DNA of 45,913 nucleotides. Origin: Streblomastix strix (taxonomy: Eukaryota). The notes below the pieces were generated by a model. That model did not search any database. It worked only from the letters and a program-made list of their open reading frames with translations, and had not been told where the DNA came from. Each line of letters begins with the position of its first letter. The stretch's first letter is position 1. Position numbers and translations under genes: made by a program. Below, one piece after another: positions 30,280 through 45,913 of the stretch. The DNA lies in contig SNRW01000011.1 in the NCBI GenBank assembly GCA_008636045.1, forward strand, positions 1 to 45,913. Direction: 5' to 3'.

Positions 30280-32488
30280 CTCCTCATATGACTCTTTCCC
30301 CTCAGGTTTAGCGATAGTGAGTAATTCAGGAGCAAGATAATTTCTTAAGTTTTATATTAAAAATATTAATTATATAAAATAAATTATTACTTAGTAAATA
30401 ATAAGAAAATTAATTTAAATATTTATTTATATATAAAAATATACTGTGTGCCACCAATACTGGTTAAATATGTACGATTTTGAAGCATTCGAGCAAGTCC
30501 AAAATCACCTATATTAGTATATATATATTAATATATTAAAACAAATAATAATAGTTTCTGATTAAATCAATTTGAAATATAGATTAAATCAATTTGAAAT
30601 ATAGTTTAAATAAATAAATGACCCAATTTGACATGAAATCCTTCTTTAAACAGGATATTCTCTGGTTTCATATCGCCGTGTATTATCTTGTTCTCTAGTG
30701 AATGAAGTAAGTCCAATGCGTAAGCAATTTGAAAGGTGATATTCAAAGCAAACTGCGAAGTTATTGCAAATAAAATAATAAATAAATTGAAAATAATATA
30801 ATACTTTATTTAAATTACACATAATATAACAAATTATTATTAAATTATGCATTGTGATTTATAAAATAATATTTTTAATAATTTAAGTTAATAAACAACT
30901 AAATAAATTGATAATATAATACTTTATATAAATTTTATAATATAGCAAATTGGTATTCAATTAATTACATATTTTTCAAACCTAAGCTGTGACTTTTTCT
31001 CCTTTTCCCTTCAAATTGTTAATTAATCTTCTCATATCGCCCCAATCGCAATACTCCATCACAAAGAAAGTCTTTTGTTCACTTTAATCCATGAAAAAAC
31101 CTTTTGGTTCAATAAATGGAAAAATTGAATGAAATCTTGTTTGGTGAGTTAGTGAAGAATCTGATAAAGAAGAAGATGATGATGATTAAGAAGATGAATC
31201 TGATGATGATTATGAAGAAGAAAATAGCCCTTCTTGTAGAATACGGCATATGTCAATCATTGCTAATATTTCTCTGTTAACTGTCACTTTTTCTTCATTG
31301 TTTATATAAAAGCATTCTTTGAGAGCCATAATTTGCTGTGAGTTGATTTCTTTTGCAATATTGACTTATCCAAATAACCCATGCCCAATAAGTTTGATTT
31401 TTTTGACTGAAAAATATATTATATAATATATAATTAGAATTTAAATATATAAAGTTAGAAATTAATAAAAATAAATTTAAATTAAATTAAATTAAAAAAA
31501 AAATTAAAATATTGATTAAAAATTAAATATTAATTATTGTTGTATACAGTCAGAGATCTTCCAAGAAGTGATAACTCTAGGTAAACTAGTTCCTAAAACG
31601 CTTATAAGTTTGAATTGATGCACTAAATCTGATTTATTCATAATTTCGCATTCAAATTCAACGGCAATATCACTTTTCTAAAACAATTTCATGTAGTTCT
31701 AAAACATGTTCTTACTATCTACAAAAATATTAATTGGATCAACAATAATGTGTCCAGCAAGCCTAACATGGCAACGTACTTCAAACAATATTCCTTTTAC
31801 TTTGCCAAGTTTGAAGTCCTATATTGTAAAATAAAATAAAATAAATAAATAAGAATAATATAATTTTAAAAAAAAATAATGTAAAAAAATTAAATCTTCA
31901 AACATGAGATTCTCCTACCCTTCCGAAGAATGATGTAGTTTTTCCCAAATATTTACCAGGATTCGATATATAGTCTCCGATTTTCACCAACTAAGAATTA
32001 ATTTGAGGAACAGGAATTTTAATTTGACCAGGAAGGAACCAACCATTTGAATCAGTAAGATTTGATTGAGTAGACGTTTTTGACGCATCTGATCTCAAAG
32101 TATCTGTGAATGGTTAATGAATAATTGAATCTTCTTGCGTTTCTTCATCAGAATCAGAATATTCACTGAGTTCGAATTTTTAGAATCGAAATTGGTGAAT
32201 TTTTGGATTTTCTTGAAAGACTTCGCACTCAAAATCAAGCACATCATCCTTTCCTACGTATTAAATGAACTCAGTTTTCTTTTCATTCGATCCTTCAACA
32301 ATAATATAGATGGAAACATTCGCATAGGTGTTGGGGTGCTAATCTAAAATTTGGATTTGATAAACGTATGAACCAGGAATTGGAGTTTGGTGGTCATGTG
32401 GAGCTCTAAGTCTACCAGTAAAAGTAATTACTTGGCCAGTAGATGCAGAAGGGTCGTCAAAATACTGATCAAGTGAAATTTCAGTCAT
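29555..32488 (-). CDS. Ser/Thr protein kinase (NEK-like) with two N-terminal repeated domains
   Basis: Motifs IGHGLFGQV, MALKE, VMEYCDWGDM, IIHGDMKPENIL, KLGDFGLAR, GGTQNYLAPE, SDIWGFGVVMYEL, HPF and NPANRITA, spread over about 9 exons with GT-AG introns in consistent phases. Confidence 0.93.
30200..30276. repeat. (TA)n microsatellite in a kinase intron
   Basis: About 38 TA units. Confidence 0.95.
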
Positions 32489-33360
32489 TCTATAAATGTT
32501 TAATAATAAAAAAGGAAATTTTAAAATAAAATAAAAAAGTAAAATAAAAATATAATTGAAAAAAATAATTTTGATATTAATTGTATAGACAAAAATATAG
32601 TACTCATAAAAAATAAAATTATAAAGTCAAAAACTTCATGACTGGAGTTATAAATGACTGTTTAAAAAATAATATTTATTTCATGATGCATACTAGTTTA
32701 TAGAGTAAAATTTTGTTGATTATATATAAAAAACTAATAATTATTTAACAATTTAGCAGTAATAATATGGAATGAAGTTAGATACATGAAAAACAATAGA
32801 TTAAAAAATAATTGATTTTTCATTCTAAAATAGGAAATAATGAAAAATATAATTTAATGAAAATTATTAATGAATTTTTATTTAAACATTTCAATGAATT
32901 TACCATTAACATGAAGAATAATTAATTAGAAGATAATAATTATTCAAAATGTAAAGTTGTAGATTATTGTAGATGAATGGAAAAGAGATTGTAAATATAA
33001 CATTGAATTTGCTATTATTCTATAAATGAAAGTTATTTTTTATATTATTTTGATATTTTATAAGCTTTATCAATGATACATTAAGAATAAAAATATAAAT
33101 ACACTTTATTTACCCATTCAGACTATATAATAATTAGTTTAAAATTATATATTTTATTCAAAAAATATTATATATTTAATTTTATAAAATATTTATTAAT
33201 TTTAATATCTTATAAACCTTAAAACATCAATTTAAATTATTTATATCTTTTTTCTTTTTATTCGTATTTCGTCTTATACTTTGTATATATTATTGCTAAA
33301 TTTAATTATACTTCTAATTTTTTATATTTCTAAAGATATATATAGTTCAATAACTATTTG

Positions 33361-35114
33361 ATGGCATACCATTCAGAGTTATCAGATATTTATTAGCCTC
33401 CACATTACAATTTCTTTCCAGCATATCCATATGGTTATGTTAACTATAATTAACCACCAATTTAATATCCAATACATTATACTACACAATATTAAGAAAG
33501 AAATTCCAATCCATCTCCAAATTATCATCATTCTTCGAAATAATAATAAACCATACATAAACTACATAGGTATTCAAACAAAGATTAAAAATCTAAGAAA
33601 AAATAATTTAAAAGCATAAATTATTCTGAGGAACAAATTAGACACTGTAAAACTCTATATATTGGAAATCTTAGCCAAGAAACAAAAGAAAAAGAAATCA
33701 GCGATTTCTTTGGAGGATATTGGAATGGTGTTCGTTCAGTAAATATAGTCTTATTTCTTGATTCTAAAGTGAGCAAATAATATGGTTATGTTTATTTCGA
33801 TACACATGATCAAGCTGAAATTGCACTGAAATCTAAACAGAGAAATGAATTGAATGGCCATAAAGTGAAATTGGATTTGGATGTTAAGCAAAATTTACAT
33901 TTTAACAAATTAAATTCATAAAAAAATGAAAATATGGAAATAAATACAAATTCCGATTAGAAATTTAAGGAATTTGATAAATTAGAGATTAAGAAATAAA
34001 TTATTGCAGAAAAAGAAGAATAAAAAACTATTCCATATCAATTAGATTCTTCATAATTTCCTAATTATAACTAACAATCATATTTCACATTGTTTAATCC
34101 ATAATTCACGTAATATTATCCTCCAACATATCCATTTCCTCCAAATAATATGTTTACCAATATTTAACAAGATTTTAATATGAATAATAATGATAAAAAT
34201 GAAAATATTGAATTTGAAAGTTCAAGTGAAAGTGAAAATTAATCAATTGTTGAATGGAATGAAGAAGAAACAGAATAGGTTTTTTTAAAGATCATTCAAT
34301 GTTGCATTTCATCATCTCAATGAATAAGACCAATTATTTCAATCTGAAAATTTAGCAAATAATAAGTCTAATACTAAAATTGAAGATAATTTATTCATTT
34401 TGCAATAATATGATGTTTAATTGGAATCTATCTAATCTACTATAAAAGAAAATAATGAGAAGAAAATAAATTAATAAAAAGATGAATAAATATTTAAAAA
34501 TTAATAAAATTAATAAAAAAAAACATAATTCAGATCATCACCACTGTAATGATAAATAATAGACTAATTAATTGTATTCATCAGGACATAAGAAACATAG
34601 TTTGAATAAAAATTCTTTTCATTAAAAAAATTAATCGAATACATAATCAATTGATTTTCAACATCAAAAACCAGTTAAAAGAAAAAGATCTCCAAAACAT
34701 TAAGATATTAATATAAAGAAGAATTAACAACTTATTGATAAAAATGTTAGATATAATTCTAGCACAAGATCATTAACAAGATTTCATTCTTATTCAAGGT
34801 CAACTTCTCATTCAAATAAAAAAAACCATTCACGTTTGAAATCAGATAAAGGATAGCAATCTAAATAATTTGAAAGATAAAAAAGAAGATCGCATTCAAG
34901 ATCTCATTCAAGATCTCGATCACATTCTAAATTACTGCACAAAATTCAAAGAGTAAATAACTTATTACAAGTTTTTGAATAATTATAAAACAATGATATC
35001 AATGAACAATAATAGTATAATCATGATATTGCTTTTGAAAATTTTAATGATGATAATTATTAGGAAAAAAACAATAAAAGAAAAAGAAGAAGAATAGATG
35101 AAGATTAATATTGA
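33361..35114 (+). CDS. RRM-domain RNA-binding protein with RS-like tail, two apparent +1 frameshifts
   Basis: RNP2 TLYIGNL, RNP1 KQYGYVYF, then AEIALKSKQRNELNGHKVKLD and a C-terminal RRSHSRSHSRSRSHSK. The frame shifts by +1 at a T7 run (34280-34286) and at an A9 run (34515-34523). Confidence 0.85.
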
Positions 35115-35859
35115 ATATAATGAATCATATCTAAATACAATTTAGACAATGAATGAATGAATATTAAAGAGATGAATAGGGTCTAATGTGCATATTAATG
35201 TTGAATACAATAATAAATTTCAATGTATTAAAATATTTTAGATATTTTCTTTATCTATTGGACAATTTGATATTTTGTTAACATTATTGCTTAAAGTTAT
35301 GAATGTATAAAAATACTAAAGAACTATAACATTTATTAAAATTGTTCTATATTTCAAACAAATAATACAACCAAAGACCGTTTTTTGGTTTTTTGGTAAA
35401 AAAAATCGATTTTCTACTGCTAATGATTCAAAAAAAAATTATTCAACTTTAAATAATTTGTGTATACAATAAATAATTTATTACATATATTTAAATGAAT
35501 AAATCATTTGTATTAGAGCATATTTAAGATTTTTATTTAAATATCATAAAACTTTAAATATTACTCGATTTTAACATTTATTATATTTTAAAAAGACATA
35601 TTTTGAATAAATTTTGCAATTAAATTTAATTTTTATATCTAAACCTTATATAATAATTCACATTCTACTGAATTTTAATAACTAAAACTAAATTCATTAA
35701 ATAATTTTATTTTATGCTTATAAACATCAATATTTTTCTTATTTTAACCAGAAAAGAAATTTTATTTATTAATTTATATTTATTTAAATCTAAATTTATT
35801 ATTAAATTATATAAATTTTATCATTTTTCTTTAATTAAAGAGAAAAAAGTTCAACTTTT

Positions 35860-38276
35860 ATGATTAATATTACTCAGAAAACTGAAAAAGATCATAAATA
35901 ATAATTGAAAGACATAGAATTGGAAATATAAACTTAATAAATATATAAATGTATTGTTGATTAAACAAATATAAACGAAAATCTTGATAAATTAATTTAC
36001 ATCAATTCTGAATCAGAAATTATATAGAATAATGTAGATATTGAATTGAAAAACATATAGAAAATTGATAAATACACTTAAGTTGATAAGAATAATAACA
36101 GTTAACATCAATAAATTGCAATTTAATTAAATTTCCAAACAGATATTGAATAGATCCAATAACAAGAAACAATTTTGACTAATATGAATAATTTAACTGA
36201 AAAAGATAACAAATATTAAATTTTTAATAACTTTTAATGTAATTTGTTTAATACTCTGATTTATTATGATGATTAAACAAAACACAAGACACAAATTTCT
36301 TTAATATAATACTAACCTAATTAATAACCAGTCAAATAATCATATAAATTGTAAAGTATTTATTCTGAGAAATCATTAAATTAACCTAAATTATAATAAA
36401 TATCTCAATCATAATAAATTTCTTATACATATTTGGTCAGCGTTTATGAACAAGTTTAATCTTTGATTGACGACAAAGAATTTACCTTAAATTTAATGAA
36501 TCAATTAACTGAAGCATTAAGAACAATCAACTATTAATTTATTAATTATAATGACTATTTAAATGAAAAAGAATAAAAAATGTGTTATAGTATATAATAG
36601 AACATTTCTGATATTATCAAACAGACCATTAAATCAGAATGTGATGTTGAAATTGCTATTCATTCTGGATTTGTTGCTTAATTGTTCAATTAAATAAACA
36701 AAATTCCTACAAACCAAATAATTATATCTTAAATGGATTTAATAGTTTTAATTGTATCAATTGGATCCTCAGTACAGATATATAATCTTTATTAAATGGA
36801 AATTATATTAAATCTTTAGTCACTATTAATAAATAACAATAATGAACTCATCTAACAGAAAATACTCCAAACATTCATTATTATAGTCAAGAAATTAAAT
36901 GTTGACTATAATCAATAGATATAATCATCTTCATCCTTATCTGTTCAATCCACCTAATTATTACCGCTTAAAACTCAGTTATATGTTCTTCTTCATCGAC
37001 AGCATCCATTTCTTGATGAACTCCTACAAAAGGGAATCATATAAATTATATTTGAATAATTCATAAATAATTAATCATATAATTTTTCAATATATTAAAT
37101 TGTTTATTAATTCCTTGATTTACTTTATATTGATGGAATTGATTTTCATTCTGAGTCATTCATTCATATTATTAGAAGATTGTGTTAAGAAGCAAAATCT
37201 ACAATTAATCAAAAAAGGTTCAAAGCATTATTTTCTTTATTGCATCTGACAATAAATTATGGTATGCATTAATGATAATAATTATTGATTATTAATTATT
37301 TTAATTTTCTTATATTCATCTTATTAATTTAGATAATCATGATGAAATAGTTGATGGTGGTATAATTCTATCTACAGTTGAATATATCCTGTTTGCAATT
37401 ATCATTATTAAATTATTAAAAATTTATTTATTTATTTTTGTCAATTAATTTAATTAATTTTCTATCTTTTTTATTAAATAATATTTCAGAAAAAATAATG
37501 ATGAAGATAACGATATAGAAACAAAAAGATATTCACTTCAAATCCTACTTCATCTATTTATCTTTGGTTCGATATATACAAGAGAATGAATCTAGAAATT
37601 AATAATCAATATATATATGAAAATATTGAATGATGATAATTAATAAAAAATCATTTATAAAAATGAAACATTAATATTAAAATGTGCTGTAAGTGATCCA
37701 GAATCAATGAAAAAGTTAATTAATATAAAAAGATCAATTTAAGCCAGAAATGGAGAAGGATTGATTGAGTTGGTCAATACTGGATTAATGAGTTTATTAA
37801 TTGAAATGATTTAAAATGCCATTTCAGAAGATGAAGATTAAATTGGAAATGGAAAAATGTTTGTTATTAATTAGATGATTTAATTAATAATTTTCAATAA
37901 TCCGTATTCAATTCATATAATTGTTGAAAAGACTGAATTTATAAATTAATATATTAATACGATAAATATAACTCCCCCAAAATAACATAGAAATTGGCAC
38001 TTCCTTATTCTTCAATAATTTCTAAAGATCTTTTTTTCAATTAAATATGAAAGGTTAACACCCAACAGAATTTATCATTAAATATATAAGTTGTTGAATT
38101 CTAGAGAAGATGAAGTTAGAATGAGTATTAGCATTATACTGTCTAAAATAATACAACATGATGACTTTTCGAATAAGAAATGGGTTGAAGGGTTAATTGA
38201 AGAATAAGGATAGATAGAAGAGTTGAATATTGTATAATTATTCAATAAAGATCTATATTAGGATGATGATTATTGA
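35860..38276 (+). CDS. Hypothetical alpha-solenoid (ARM-like) protein, one in-frame TGA
   Basis: A long first exon is open with TAR=Gln and contains amphipathic helical repeats (AIHSGFVAQLF, QHPFLDELLQKGII, NHDEIVDGGII, LLNSREDEVRMSISIILSKII). Introns lie at about 37262-37332 and 37391-37489, with TGA at 37587-37589 mid-exon. Confidence 0.65.
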
Positions 38277-38639
38277 TAGAATTTGTTTAACTGAATTATC
38301 ATTCTAAACATTTTGTTAGAATTTGTTTGTTTTAATTATGTGTAAATAATTTTTTTATGAGTATTTTTTAACTTTTGATAAATTAATAAATATTAATTCG
38401 TTTTATTTCAAAATCACTCTTTATTTATTTTTTTCAAATAGTAACATTAACTACAGAAGGATAATATAATGTTATTCTACCCAGCAAAAAAAATAGAATA
38501 ACAAATTGCGAGTCCAAAATATCGATAACTTGACTCAAAATAAAATATTTATGTCAAAAAAAGATAAATCATAAATAAAATAAAAATAAATCTCTCATAT
38601 TATCATCTTCTTAGCTTTTCTTGCATTCAAATCCAATAT

Positions 38640-45913
<7,274 letters not shown>

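Noticed and set aside
29988..30335. ORF with (YI)n repeat
   Set aside because: It is the intronic (TA)n microsatellite joined to a kinase exon.

Overview
This is AT-rich eukaryotic genomic DNA with spliceosomal introns and a non-canonical code in which TAA/TAG encode Gln and TGA is the stop. The supplied standard-code ORF track therefore misses or fragments almost every real gene. The code, gene families and retroelement are most consistent with an oxymonad such as Streblomastix, which is an inference. In order, the window holds: (1) the 3' end of a tyrosine-recombinase (DIRS-like) element with a long stem-loop; (2) a secreted YHR202W-like 5'-nucleotidase/metallophosphoesterase whose 3' half is duplicated in inverted orientation and fused in frame to an intronless, virus-like ORF; (3) a TA-flanked Tc1/pogo-like MITE; (4) a non-autonomous hAT element with an 8-bp target-site duplication; (5) a coiled-coil/SPRY-like gene; (6) a second inverted duplication of an F-box-like multi-TM gene that brackets a purine nucleoside phosphorylase and an LRR/EF-hand-like gene; (7) a NEK-like kinase with two N-terminal OB-fold-like repeats; (8) an RRM/RS protein; (9) an ARM-like protein; and (10) an intronless low-complexity ORF of about 2,400 codons. 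The most notable signals are isolated in-frame TGA codons in otherwise intact frames, the chimeric virus-like/host ORF, the mosaic divergence of the inverted paralogs and an unusual GTTTRA splice donor. All translations and alignments were done by eye, with no database searches.
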